Positions 34,203 to 42,968 of a stretch of 64,000 nt of DNA are shown piece by piece (within the stretch, counting starts at the first letter, position 1; every line of letters starts with the position of its first letter). Where the stretch lies: IMG/VR virus record IMGVR_UViG_3300027747_004524, positions 58,855 to 122,854 of that record; one strand, 5' to 3'. The translations under genes were made by a program, and so were the position numbers. Source of the DNA: a virus. The notes below the pieces were generated by a model. That model saw only the letters and a program-made list of their open reading frames with translations. It had not been told where the DNA came from and did no database searches.

Positions 34203-35144
34203 ATGTCTGCTGCTAAAAAGAATGTAACTGGTAAGTCTGCTCCTTCGAAGAGAGCCACGCTTTCTTCCATGGAAGTTCTGGCAAAGCTTCAGGATGATAA
34301 CGTTGATCTCAAGTCAACCGTTAAAAAGACCGAATCCAACAAGGAAAAGTGGGAGCTTCCGCTTGATGACTCCTCTAAGGAAGTCGCAAGTCAGTGGGTT
34401 TGTGCTAAGACTATAGCTGACATTGTCAATGCTAGGATGAACAATGTCAAAGAGCAGTTTTGCTCGTATGCTATCGAGAAGATGGCTGAGAAGATCTTTT
34501 CGATGAGATGTCATCCTGGAAATCCGAACGTTGTTCTCAAGAACAGCTTGGGTAAAGATGACCACAAGTTCATCCTCGTCATGCAGGATAACTTTAAGGT
34601 AGAAGTTCCCAAGAACTTCCCTGATGGAGTTAATCAGGTTGAGTGGCTGAAGGATCATTTCAAGGAACTTCTTCAGCAGGTTGGCTTGAGGAAGGACAAC
34701 GCAAGCAGCTTGGTTGAAAACGAGATGGAAGTTTTCCCCGTGACCGGTATTAGGAGCCTCACAGAACTTCTTGATGGTCACTATGGCGAGAAGAGGGTTT
34801 GGTTCGACAGCAGTGAAGAGGAAAAGGAAGCTGGCACGAGGCTTGCTGCCCTGCTTATGTGGGACGGAAGTTCGCCTACTCCCGATCCCCTTTCTGCTTC
34901 GGACAAGTCCATTGTTGTTCGTCGGGATACCACTGTTACGATGAAGAGCGACTTCTATAGTAGAGTTGCCCTTTATTGTGATAATGTCGAACAGCTTAAG
35001 GGTGTCTTGACGATTATCAAGCCCATCACGTTCCCGAGTTATAGTAAGTTTGCTATAAGCGATAGCGAGATGGATCGCACCAAGAGAAAGATCGAGGCTG
35101 CTGCTGAGATTCTTGGGTCTGGTTCTAATCTGGAATCTAACTGA
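34203..35144 (+). CDS. Hypothetical protein (host-like codon usage)
   Basis: AGGAG RBS; about 313 aa; downstream hairpin. Confidence 0.75.
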   Translation: MSAAKKNVTGKSAPSKRATLSSMEVLAKLQDDNVDLKSTVKKTESNKEKWELPLDDSSKEVASQWVCAKTIADIVNARMNNVKEQFCSYAIEKMAEKIFSMRCHPGNPNVVLKNSLGKDDHKFILVMQDNFKVEVPKNFPDGVNQVEWLKDHFKELLQQVGLRKDNASSLVENEMEVFPVTGIRSLTELLDGHYGEKRVWFDSSEEEKEAGTRLAALLMWDGSSPTPDPLSASDKSIVVRRDTTVTMKSDFYSRVALYCDNVEQLKGVLTIIKPITFPSYSKFAISDSEMDRTKRKIEAAAEILGSGSNLESN

Positions 35145-35152
35145 TCTGTTGT

Positions 35153-35215
35153 TTTGGCTAGGTGCGTGTGGTTTTCCTCCTTTTGCCCACGCACCTAGCC
35201 AAACTTTTTGGAGGA
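35153..35215 (+). promoter_or_regulatory. 16-bp hairpin whose loop is complementary to the downstream RBS
   Basis: TTTGGCTAGGTGCGTG / CACGCACCTAGCCAAA; loop TCCTCC (35175-35180) versus GGAGGA (35210-35215). Confidence 0.55.
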
Positions 35216-35222
35216 CATAACT

Positions 35223-36143
35223 ATGGAAGGCAGTAAATTTGACTTTGGTGGATACAGACACACCAAAGAGAACGCTATGCTTATAAAGCAGCGTAGACAA
35301 CGCATTTTAGAGATGAGAGATTCTGGTCTTTCATTTGATGAGATTTCAAAGGCATTTGGCTTATCAAAAGCCAGATGTAGGAAGATTTACTCGACCGCTT
35401 CTAACGGTAAAAAGCCAAAATCTTTGAATGTGTCTTTCTATGTTAGAGATGTTTTAAGAAGTCACCTTCCCCTTTTGATTCTCAAGGAAGGCTCATATGT
35501 AAAAATGAATTATCCTTTGCTGTTTATTGTTCTTGAGTCTAAGAACGACTACTTCAGGCAGAAAAAAGCAAAGCAATACATTAGAATGATAGTCCACTCC
35601 TCCAGGCAGGAGTTGTTGAATGCTTACAACAACCTTTTGCTTCGTTTTGGTCACAACAACCCTGCTAAGAAGTGGATTAGATCTGAGGGTGCTGTTGTTC
35701 CATCTTGCTTTTGGAACAATAAAGAAATCGAATCTTTTTTGCTTTCATGTTTGTCGATAAAGCATCCCTCACAGGACGCGGTCGATGTGGTTCTTCAGAA
35801 GGTAAAACAGATTCTTGATGTTTCTCCTGATTTCTCTTTGACAGATGATGAAAACGCTAAAGAAACTAAACTCGATCTTGACAACAAAACACTACCTAGC
35901 GATTTGCTAAACAAGTCGGACGAGCTTGTTTCTTATATTGAGATTATTAAGTCTGATGAGTCTCTAAAGAGAGAAGACTACATTTTTGTTTTGGATTCTG
36001 CTTTGGATTGTTTGAAGTCATTTAGGAGCATGTTTTCTTCGCCTGTGGTTGAAAAAGAGCCTGAAGAAGAGCCCGTTAAAGAAAAGGATAAGGAACCTAT
36101 TAAAGAAAAGCCAAAAGCGTTTTGGCCTAAACCTAAGTTTTAA
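35223..36143 (+). CDS. Protein with an N-terminal HTH (sigma region 4-like)
   Basis: ILEMRDSGLSFDEISKAFGLSKARCRKIY. Confidence 0.7.
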   Translation: MEGSKFDFGGYRHTKENAMLIKQRRQRILEMRDSGLSFDEISKAFGLSKARCRKIYSTASNGKKPKSLNVSFYVRDVLRSHLPLLILKEGSYVKMNYPLLFIVLESKNDYFRQKKAKQYIRMIVHSSRQELLNAYNNLLLRFGHNNPAKKWIRSEGAVVPSCFWNNKEIESFLLSCLSIKHPSQDAVDVVLQKVKQILDVSPDFSLTDDENAKETKLDLDNKTLPSDLLNKSDELVSYIEIIKSDESLKREDYIFVLDSALDCLKSFRSMFSSPVVEKEPEEEPVKEKDKEPIKEKPKAFWPKPKF

Positions 36144-36159
36144 TTTTGGAGGACTACTC

Positions 36160-36672
36160 ATGAAAAAGTTCATTTTAACGTTTTTGATTGTGGTTCTTGG
36201 AACCCCTCTTGCAGAGGCCCAGACAAAGACCCAGGCTAAGACAGACAAGGCACAAGAGGGCGTTAACGCTGCTATGCTTCGCAATTTTGAAGCCTGTAAT
36301 CGAGAGGACATTAATGCGGTTATGGACTCTTGTTCTATGGAAATGCCCGATAGGGACAAGTTTGAGAAAGAGACTTTGACTGTTTTTAAGGACAAGGACA
36401 TATATTATCGGCTTCTTGATTGCGAGCTGTTGGAGGTTAAGTTTCCTTATGCACTCGCAAGAATTAGGCAGCAGACTCTTTTAGAAGACAGAACTGCTAA
36501 CGACCAGGGCCAGAAGCTCTATAGGAATTCGAGTGCTCTTATACCGGACGAACACGTAGAATACCTTAACACCTTTAAGTATGAAAATGGCGAGTGGAAA
36601 CTCTTGGTTATTGTTAGCGAAATGAGGCCCTTTAATCCTGACAACTCTGATAAGAAAGAGACTGAGAAATGA
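36160..36672 (+). CDS. Exported NTF2/SnoaL-like protein
   Basis: Signal peptide; N.EA.N.EDI.A.M, F...NGEWKLL pattern; GGAGG RBS. Confidence 0.65.
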   Translation: MKKFILTFLIVVLGTPLAEAQTKTQAKTDKAQEGVNAAMLRNFEACNREDINAVMDSCSMEMPDRDKFEKETLTVFKDKDIYYRLLDCELLEVKFPYALARIRQQTLLEDRTANDQGQKLYRNSSALIPDEHVEYLNTFKYENGEWKLLVIVSEMRPFNPDNSDKKETEK

Positions 36673-36980
36673 GTGCCACAAAGAAAGATATAGCGAAAAT
36701 ATTTGCAGAAAAGACTTCTATTCATCCATCTACATCACTTAAAATGATCGATCAACTTTTTGATTCAATCACAGATGTTCTTGTGGAATCGGGTAGGATA
36801 GAAATAAGAAACTTTGGTGTGTTTGAGACAAAGAAAACCTTGCCTAGAAAGGCAAGAAATCCTAAAACTGGTGCTGTTATTTTCACCATTGAAGGACATA
36901 AGGTTAAGTTCAAAGCTGGAAAAGAGATGTTGGTCAAGTTGAACAACAAACCCGTACTTGTGAACGATCATGCAAACTAA
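36669..36980 (+). CDS. HU/IHF-family DNA-binding protein
   Basis: TKKDIA, GRIEIRNFGVF......RKARNPKTG, VKFKAGKEM. Confidence 0.95.
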   Translation: MSATKKDIAKIFAEKTSIHPSTSLKMIDQLFDSITDVLVESGRIEIRNFGVFETKKTLPRKARNPKTGAVIFTIEGHKVKFKAGKEMLVKLNNKPVLVNDHAN

Positions 36981-37521
36981 TTCCTTTGATATCAAAACCT
37001 TTGCGTCTTTTACCTCTCCTCTGGAGCGTTGTTCCTTTTTATGGGAGCATTATCTGTCGAGAAAGAGGCAAGACAACTTTGAACCATTGTGGGTTCTTAA
37101 ACCCTATTCTTTGGTTAAAAGCTTCTTAGACCTTGAAGGAAAGACAGAAGGTGTTTTTACCGAACAGGATTATTTTGTTCTTAATGAAACGATCAAGAGT
37201 CATGTTCAAAGAGACGGCACAGAGGTTCCCATAAAGACTGGCTTTCCAAATGAGGGATCACGCATAATGCATGACTGCTGGAAAGCTGGTAGTTTTTCTT
37301 GGTTGTTTATGGGAAGGATAGCCGCTCAAGACATATTTGAACACAAAGGATTCGTTGTTTTGAGTAGAGCTTTGCCCGACCACCTGTACGATCTTTTGGA
37401 TAAAGACTTTGCACCCCAAACATTGTTTGCTGCCTATAGTGTTGAGAATGATTCTAAGAACATTGGACCCGCTGTTTGCGTCGATGATCTTTTACAAGAA
37501 TTGGAGGATAAGCATGTTTAA
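36970..37521 (+). CDS. Hypothetical protein
   Basis: 183-aa ORF in an operon. Confidence 0.6.
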   Translation: MQTNSFDIKTFASFTSPLERCSFLWEHYLSRKRQDNFEPLWVLKPYSLVKSFLDLEGKTEGVFTEQDYFVLNETIKSHVQRDGTEVPIKTGFPNEGSRIMHDCWKAGSFSWLFMGRIAAQDIFEHKGFVVLSRALPDHLYDLLDKDFAPQTLFAAYSVENDSKNIGPAVCVDDLLQELEDKHV

Positions 37522-38116
37522 TCGAACCGCTATACTGTTCTGCTTGATGGCCTCTGTTTGCCACGCTGAAACCAACCCAGAGATTGCCGACTTTTTAAGT
37601 AATGTTGTGCAAGACTTTAACAGCCAAGACTGCGCAGCATACTCTTCTCATTTTGTTGAGTCTAACAGACAAAAGAAGAGAAGAGAGTCTGGGCTCTATT
37701 TTGCTTCAAACGATCACACCATGAAGTTGAAAGAGAACCATATTCTCTCAGAATCAGAAGATTCCGCCGAAGTTGCCGTTGCTTATTCTATAAAGGATTC
37801 TGACTATGTCTCTAGAGTTTTTCTTTCGAAGGAAGATGGTAGCTGGAAAATAAGCAAAGAGTTAGTTGTGCGTAATGAGTCTCCCTATTCGGACTCTGAT
37901 TCCGACTACCAGCCGGTTGTTCAAACTGGATCGAGACAAGTTTATACATCTAATCCTTTCTCTAACAGGCCTCTCCCGCCTCAGAATAACAATGTTCAAA
38001 ACTGCCCAGGCGGAAAATGTGGTGGCCCACAAGCACCATTTAGTACCTTAAAGGCCTGTAGGGACTATGGTTTTGAGCCAATTCCTTGTAGAAATGGAAA
38101 CTGCTCTATTAGATAG
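37514..38116 (+). CDS. Exported NTF2-like protein with a Cys-containing tail
   Basis: Signal peptide (..SVCHA-E); L.KEDGSWKI; C-terminal CPGGKC...CRNGNC. Confidence 0.6.
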   Translation: MFNRTAILFCLMASVCHAETNPEIADFLSNVVQDFNSQDCAAYSSHFVESNRQKKRRESGLYFASNDHTMKLKENHILSESEDSAEVAVAYSIKDSDYVSRVFLSKEDGSWKISKELVVRNESPYSDSDSDYQPVVQTGSRQVYTSNPFSNRPLPPQNNNVQNCPGGKCGGPQAPFSTLKACRDYGFEPIPCRNGNCSIR

Positions 38117-38119
38117 AGC

Positions 38120-38818
38120 ATGAGAGTAGCTGTAGTAACGCCGACGATAGGGACTGCATTTTTAAAAGAATGTCTACAATCGGTAGCAGACCAGTCCTAC
38201 AAAAACATAAGCCACTATATCTTTGTTGATGGTAAAGACCATTTCAATAAGGTCCGCAGAATAGCATCTTCTTTTCAAACAAAAAAGGTTCTATTAGAGG
38301 AAAATACCGGTGCAAATGGGTGGTTGGGACATCGGGTTTATGCTTCTTGCTCTTTTTTAGTAGATGCTGACTTAATTTGCTATTTAGATGAAGATAACTG
38401 GATAGAGCATTCTCACATAAGCTCTCTTGTAGATAAAATAAACCAAGGTAACGATTGGGCTTTTTCTTTGAGAAAGGTCTACTCCAAATCTGGGGAATAC
38501 CTTTTTGAAGACAATTGCGAATCCCTTGGTAAGTGGCCTGTCTACAATAACCCAGCTCTTTACCATGTAGACACCTCTGCCTACATGGTAAAGACAGATG
38601 TGGCATTAAAAATTGGTCACATGTGGTGCAAGAAATGGGACGCGGACAGGCAGTTTTTTGCTAATTTAAAGCATTTCTTTCCAAAGTTTGATTGCACTGG
38701 GCAATATACTCTTTGCTACAGGCTTGGTGGAAATACTAATTCTGTATCTAAAGATTTTCTTGAGATGGGAAACCTTTTAAACAAAAACAAATATAATAAA
38801 TTTCCTTGGTCTTTATGA
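38120..38818 (+). CDS. Glycosyltransferase family 2
   Basis: AVVTPTIG, QSV..Q.Y, YLDEDN, VDTS, DR.FF. Confidence 0.85.
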   Translation: MRVAVVTPTIGTAFLKECLQSVADQSYKNISHYIFVDGKDHFNKVRRIASSFQTKKVLLEENTGANGWLGHRVYASCSFLVDADLICYLDEDNWIEHSHISSLVDKINQGNDWAFSLRKVYSKSGEYLFEDNCESLGKWPVYNNPALYHVDTSAYMVKTDVALKIGHMWCKKWDADRQFFANLKHFFPKFDCTGQYTLCYRLGGNTNSVSKDFLEMGNLLNKNKYNKFPWSL

Positions 38819-38879
38819 TATTTTTCTATTGACCTACGTACTGTTTTGCTTTAAATTAATTATGATTTGGAGCAAAACT

Positions 38880-39140
38880 ATGAAAAATCTGTTACCAAGA
38901 GTCGATCCATCTGTAGGTGGTTCTTTAGAACACGAACTAGCTAATAAAGCTGATAAGGTTTATATTCAGGAGCAATTAGCTATTATAAAAGAAGAAAATC
39001 CTGTAATATCTTTCTGGATTGAAAACTTTTCTAAAAAGACTAGAGACAAAAAAGGGGCAATGTTTTGTGGCCTTATGGTTTTTAGACTACTAAATATACA
39101 GGCTGAATGTAATAAAATGAAAGAGGATATAAGGTTGTGA
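38880..39140 (+). CDS. Hypothetical protein
   Basis: GGAG RBS, ATG at 38880. Confidence 0.55.
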   Translation: MKNLLPRVDPSVGGSLEHELANKADKVYIQEQLAIIKEENPVISFWIENFSKKTRDKKGAMFCGLMVFRLLNIQAECNKMKEDIRL

Positions 39141-40019
39141 ATGAATAAGGTTTCTTATAAGCTAAATTTTAATACGGATTTATCAGAGAATAGTATAAAT
39201 CTTCTTATAAAAAATATTGAAGCAAGATTATCTTCCAATAAGAGTTTGTTTGAAATAAACTCTACTTTAGATTTTGAAGCTCTAAACCCCAAATCTAGAG
39301 TTCGTGTTTTTGAAGTTTCTGTGGAAGAAGTTTTAGAAAATTTGTCTGATGGCAAAAGGTCTTTTGTTTTTGAGGATAAAAGTTATTTGGTTAAGATGAA
39401 CGCACAGCGTTACTTTATGTTCAAAGAGAACCGTCGCTGTGTTTGCTGTGGCCTAAAAGGCACAAGGATGTTTCTTGAATATCACCCTTATGACATGACT
39501 CCTCATTTTAATCTTTATGGGGAATTAGATGACGGTCTTGTTTTGATGACAAAGGATCATATTCTTGCCAAGGCTTCTGGTGGAGATGACAGACACTCAA
39601 ACTATCAAACAATGTGTGCCATTTGTAATGGACTAAAAGGTCATACTTCTTTAACTCTAGAGTCTCTAAGAATGTTAAGAAGGTTTTTTGATGAAGCCAA
39701 GCTCAGTATGACAAAGAAACAGCTGCACACTTCCTTGGAAGGACAAAAACTTCGACTAAGAAAGAAAGAAAAACGATCTAGGCCTAAAAAGCCTAAGAAA
39801 GGATCTGTTTTCTTAAGTTGTGATATAGCCTGTTATGTTGATGCCAAAGGAGGGCTTTACGGTAGGCACATTTATGAGAAGAATTCTGACAAAAGAGTTG
39901 GTTGCATGAAAAAAGGTCTAATTTTGGATCCTATATTGGAATATCGTGGAGAAATTATTTGTTCTCTTGGCGAAAAAAGTTCTATAAGGATATTAAAGCA
40001 CAACCTTTGTCACGGTTAG
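39141..40019 (+). CDS. HNH endonuclease-domain protein
   Basis: CVCCG, MTKDHILAKASGG.D..SNYQTMC..CN..KG. Confidence 0.8.
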   Translation: MNKVSYKLNFNTDLSENSINLLIKNIEARLSSNKSLFEINSTLDFEALNPKSRVRVFEVSVEEVLENLSDGKRSFVFEDKSYLVKMNAQRYFMFKENRRCVCCGLKGTRMFLEYHPYDMTPHFNLYGELDDGLVLMTKDHILAKASGGDDRHSNYQTMCAICNGLKGHTSLTLESLRMLRRFFDEAKLSMTKKQLHTSLEGQKLRLRKKEKRSRPKKPKKGSVFLSCDIACYVDAKGGLYGRHIYEKNSDKRVGCMKKGLILDPILEYRGEIICSLGEKSSIRILKHNLCHG

Positions 40020-40705
40020 TAGACTTTGTTGGATCCGAGTAATGTAAAGTGCTTTGCAACTAAAGTTTCAATAATTGCTTCGCCTAGATAACCCCCTGTC
40101 CGCTCAGCAATTCTGTCACTTTCTCTCATTTCATGAACTATCTCTATCTGAATAGAGCTTACTCGCACATCTAGGTACCATTTTCTGAACAGTTGGTTCA
40201 TATTGTTTTTTGACCAACCTGCCATAGAGCTGCCTTGTGAAGCCTCGTATGTTGTAAACCCTAGGTTCTCTAGCCTATCTATAAAAAAGTTTTTTTTCCA
40301 AAGGTCGAAGGTTATGCTGTGTGGAATTCCGACCCCATACCCCAAAACCATATCCATCATGGGATCGTTTGCTAAGATTCTATGTCTATTCGACATGCCA
40401 TGAATGTAGAAGATGTTAACTTCATTGGTGCCACCCGACAGAATTTTATTTTTGAATCTGATTATTGGGTCAAAAAACTCTTCTCTCACAACGTCCTCGT
40501 GACAATGCAGAACATTGTTGCAGTCCGCATAATCGTTCATAAAGTCTACTTTTTCGCCTTTTTGCCACCCCATGTTGATTACGGCGTATGACTTCGTCTC
40601 CTTGGCAGCCTTTTCTGCCACCAAAGCCGTTCTTTCATCGTCAGCCCCGTGTGGGGCAATGATAATAATAGGCGTTCTCCCTTGGATTATTTTTACTCTT
40701 TCCAC
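40016..40705 (-). CDS. N-formylglutamate amidohydrolase-like Zn hydrolase
   Basis: IIAPHG..D..T, IHG, IQIEI motifs; TAAATA 4 nt upstream. Confidence 0.55.
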   Translation of the reverse strand: MERVKIIQGRTPIIIIAPHGADDERTALVAEKAAKETKSYAVINMGWQKGEKVDFMNDYADCNNVLHCHEDVVREEFFDPIIRFKNKILSGGTNEVNIFYIHGMSNRHRILANDPMMDMVLGYGVGIPHSITFDLWKKNFFIDRLENLGFTTYEASQGSSMAGWSKNNMNQLFRKWYLDVRVSSIQIEIVHEMRESDRIAERTGGYLGEAIIETLVAKHFTLLGSNKVY

Positions 40706-40759
40706 AAATTATTTATCAGCAACGCACAAAAAAGTAGATTATTGCATATATAATTTTCT

Positions 40760-40918
40760 ATGGGGAAAAAATGCAAGTCATCTCACACAAACTCTAATTA
40801 CCCCAAGGTTAGATTTGATCTCTCTAAAAAGCCACCGCTCGAAATAGTTCATCTTATTTCTGTTTTAAAGAAGCTGGAAAAACAAGGAAAAATAAAAATA
40901 AAAGAGCTTCAAAATTAA
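40760..40918 (+). CDS. Possible 52-aa basic protein (not in the ORF track)
   Basis: MGKKCKSSHTNSNYPKVRFDLSKKPPLEIVHLISVLKKLEKQGKIKIKELQN; TATAAT at 40749-40754. Confidence 0.45.
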   Translation: MGKKCKSSHTNSNYPKVRFDLSKKPPLEIVHLISVLKKLEKQGKIKIKELQN

Positions 40919-40946
40919 CTCTGATATTGATACCTTGGAGGAAATC

Positions 40947-41858
40947 ATGTCAGACTTTTTAATCACTGGTGGTACCGGTATGGTGGGTTCTGCACTAAGA
41001 ACCATTTTGCCCGATGCTTTATGTATTGACCGAGAATCTTTGCATAATTCTTCTTACAATGTAGAGCAAAAGGTTGTTGTTCATTTGGCTGCTAGAGTTG
41101 GAGGGGTCAAAGCGAACACTGACTATGTTGGTGACTTTTATTTTGAAAACTCGATAATCAATCAAAAAGTTTTAGAAAAAGCTAGAGTCGGGAAAGCAAA
41201 AAAAGTCGTTTCTATGTTGTCAACATGTGTCTACCCTGACGCACAGTACGTCACCTATCCACTAACAGAGGACCAGCTTCACATGGGTCCTCCTCATGAT
41301 TCTAACTTTGGATATGCCTATTCAAAAAGAATGTTAGACGTTATGTCAAGAGCATATCGACATCAATATGGTTGTGACTTTATAACTGTCATTCCTAACA
41401 ATCTTTATGGATTTAATGATAATTTTGATTTAAATAGTGGTCATGTTATACCTTCTCTTATAAGAAAAGTTTTTGAAGCAAAGATATCAAGGCAACCTTT
41501 TGTGGAAGTTTGGGGAGATGGTTCTCCTTTACGAGAGTTCACGTTTTCGATGGATGTAGCAAAGATTCTTCTCTTTGTTACAGAGAAATACTCAGGAGCA
41601 GATCCCGTAAACATAGGCAACTCTGAAGAACACACAATAAAACAAGTTATCGAAGAAATATGTCGTTATATGGAATACAGTGGCAGCATACATTGGAAAA
41701 CTAATTTCCCAAACGGTCAGGCTAGAAAACCTAGTAGCAATAAAAAACTTATCGATCTCGGTTGGAAAGAAAATGATTTTACTCCTCTAAAAGAAGGACT
41801 AAGACTTACCTGTAAATGGTTTGTTGAAAACTATCCAAATTTAAGAGGTATTTCATGA
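40947..41858 (+). CDS. fcl: GDP-L-fucose synthase
   Basis: TGGTGMVG, HLAARVGG..AN, STCVYP, YAYSK, PNNLYG.NDNF, VWGDGSPLREF, P.G..RK. Confidence 0.93.
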   Translation: MSDFLITGGTGMVGSALRTILPDALCIDRESLHNSSYNVEQKVVVHLAARVGGVKANTDYVGDFYFENSIINQKVLEKARVGKAKKVVSMLSTCVYPDAQYVTYPLTEDQLHMGPPHDSNFGYAYSKRMLDVMSRAYRHQYGCDFITVIPNNLYGFNDNFDLNSGHVIPSLIRKVFEAKISRQPFVEVWGDGSPLREFTFSMDVAKILLFVTEKYSGADPVNIGNSEEHTIKQVIEEICRYMEYSGSIHWKTNFPNGQARKPSSNKKLIDLGWKENDFTPLKEGLRLTCKWFVENYPNLRGIS

Positions 41859-42823
41859 AAACCGCAATCATAACAGGAGTCACCGGCCAAGATGGCTCCT
41901 ACTTGGCAGAACTTCTTCTTTCTAAGGGATATAAAGTTATTGGTCTAAAAAGAAGAACTTCTTTGATTTGCACCACAAGAATAGATGGTCTTTTAGACAA
42001 CCCCAACTTTGTTCTTGAATACTTTGACCTGAATGACTCTGGCTCTATAGAACGCTTGCTAATGAGATATAAACCCGAAGAGCTTTACCATCTAGCAGCA
42101 CAGTCGCATGTTAAGGTCTCCTTTGAAATACCTGAATCCACGATTGAGAGTATTGTTATGGGAACCACCAAAATATTAGAGTCTATAAGGAACTCTCTTC
42201 CATCTTGTAAGTTTTATCAAGCTTCTTCTTCTGAGATGTTCGGAGACAATCCAAACTATCCTTACAATGAAGATTCAAGATTCATGCCAGCTTCTCCCTA
42301 CGCAGCTGCTAAAGTCTTTGCTCATAACCTTGTAAGAAATTATCGCAAGTCTTATGGCATGTTTTGTTGCTCTGGTGTTTTATTCAATCATGAATCTCCT
42401 CGTAGAGGAGAAACTTTTGTCACTCGCAAAATAACCATAGGAGCAGCAGAGATAGCTCTTGGTAAGAGAAAAGAGCTCTTCTTGGGAAATATGGATGCTT
42501 TTAGAGATTGGGGTTTTGCTGGTGATTATGTTTATGCAATGTGGCTCATGATGCAACACGATAAGCCTGATGACTTTGTTGTAGCCACTGGCCAAGCTTA
42601 TTCTGTAAGAGACTTTTGCAAGATGGTTTTTGATTACTCGGGATTAGGTGACTATAAAAATTTTGTTAAGCAAGACCCCAAGTACTTGAGACCACATGAA
42701 GTTCCATATCTTCTTGGTGATAACTCTAAGGCTAGACTTGAGTTAAATTGGGAACCAAAACACAGCTTACAAGACCTTGTTAAAATAATGTATGACTTTG
42801 ATTATAATCGAATGAAAGTCTAG
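41855..42823 (+). CDS. gmd: GDP-mannose 4,6-dehydratase
   Basis: ITGVTGQDGSYLAELLL, AAQSHVKVSF, QASSSEMFG, SPYAAAK, FNHESPRRGETFVTRKI, RDWG. Confidence 0.97.
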   Translation: MKTAIITGVTGQDGSYLAELLLSKGYKVIGLKRRTSLICTTRIDGLLDNPNFVLEYFDLNDSGSIERLLMRYKPEELYHLAAQSHVKVSFEIPESTIESIVMGTTKILESIRNSLPSCKFYQASSSEMFGDNPNYPYNEDSRFMPASPYAAAKVFAHNLVRNYRKSYGMFCCSGVLFNHESPRRGETFVTRKITIGAAEIALGKRKELFLGNMDAFRDWGFAGDYVYAMWLMMQHDKPDDFVVATGQAYSVRDFCKMVFDYSGLGDYKNFVKQDPKYLRPHEVPYLLGDNSKARLELNWEPKHSLQDLVKIMYDFDYNRMKV

Positions 42824-42856
42824 CTTCAATTTCAAAGTTAAAATTCACCAACTTCT

Positions 42857-42905
42857 TTGTACCCTATAACGGTGTGCTTGACAAGTGCCGGATTCCTGTT
42901 ATGCT
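42857..42905 (+). promoter_or_regulatory. 21-bp motif copy 2 abutting a sigma70-like promoter
   Basis: TTGTACCCTATAACGGTGTGC directly followed by TTGACA-16-TATGCT. Confidence 0.7.
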
Positions 42906-42968
42906 TGTGAATGGGCCATTAGGCCCCACATAGCAGGAGACGGTCTACCCACAGGAGGTCCTTAACCC

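Noticed and set aside
34314-35300. 328-aa minus-strand ORF
   Set aside because: Antisense shadow of the plus-strand gene, which has the promoter, RBS and protein-like composition; it results from codon bias
15742-40019. HNH genes at 15742 and 39141 as intron- or intein-associated mobile elements
   Set aside because: No flanking split gene or intron core motifs were found around either; treated as ordinary free-standing HNH proteins
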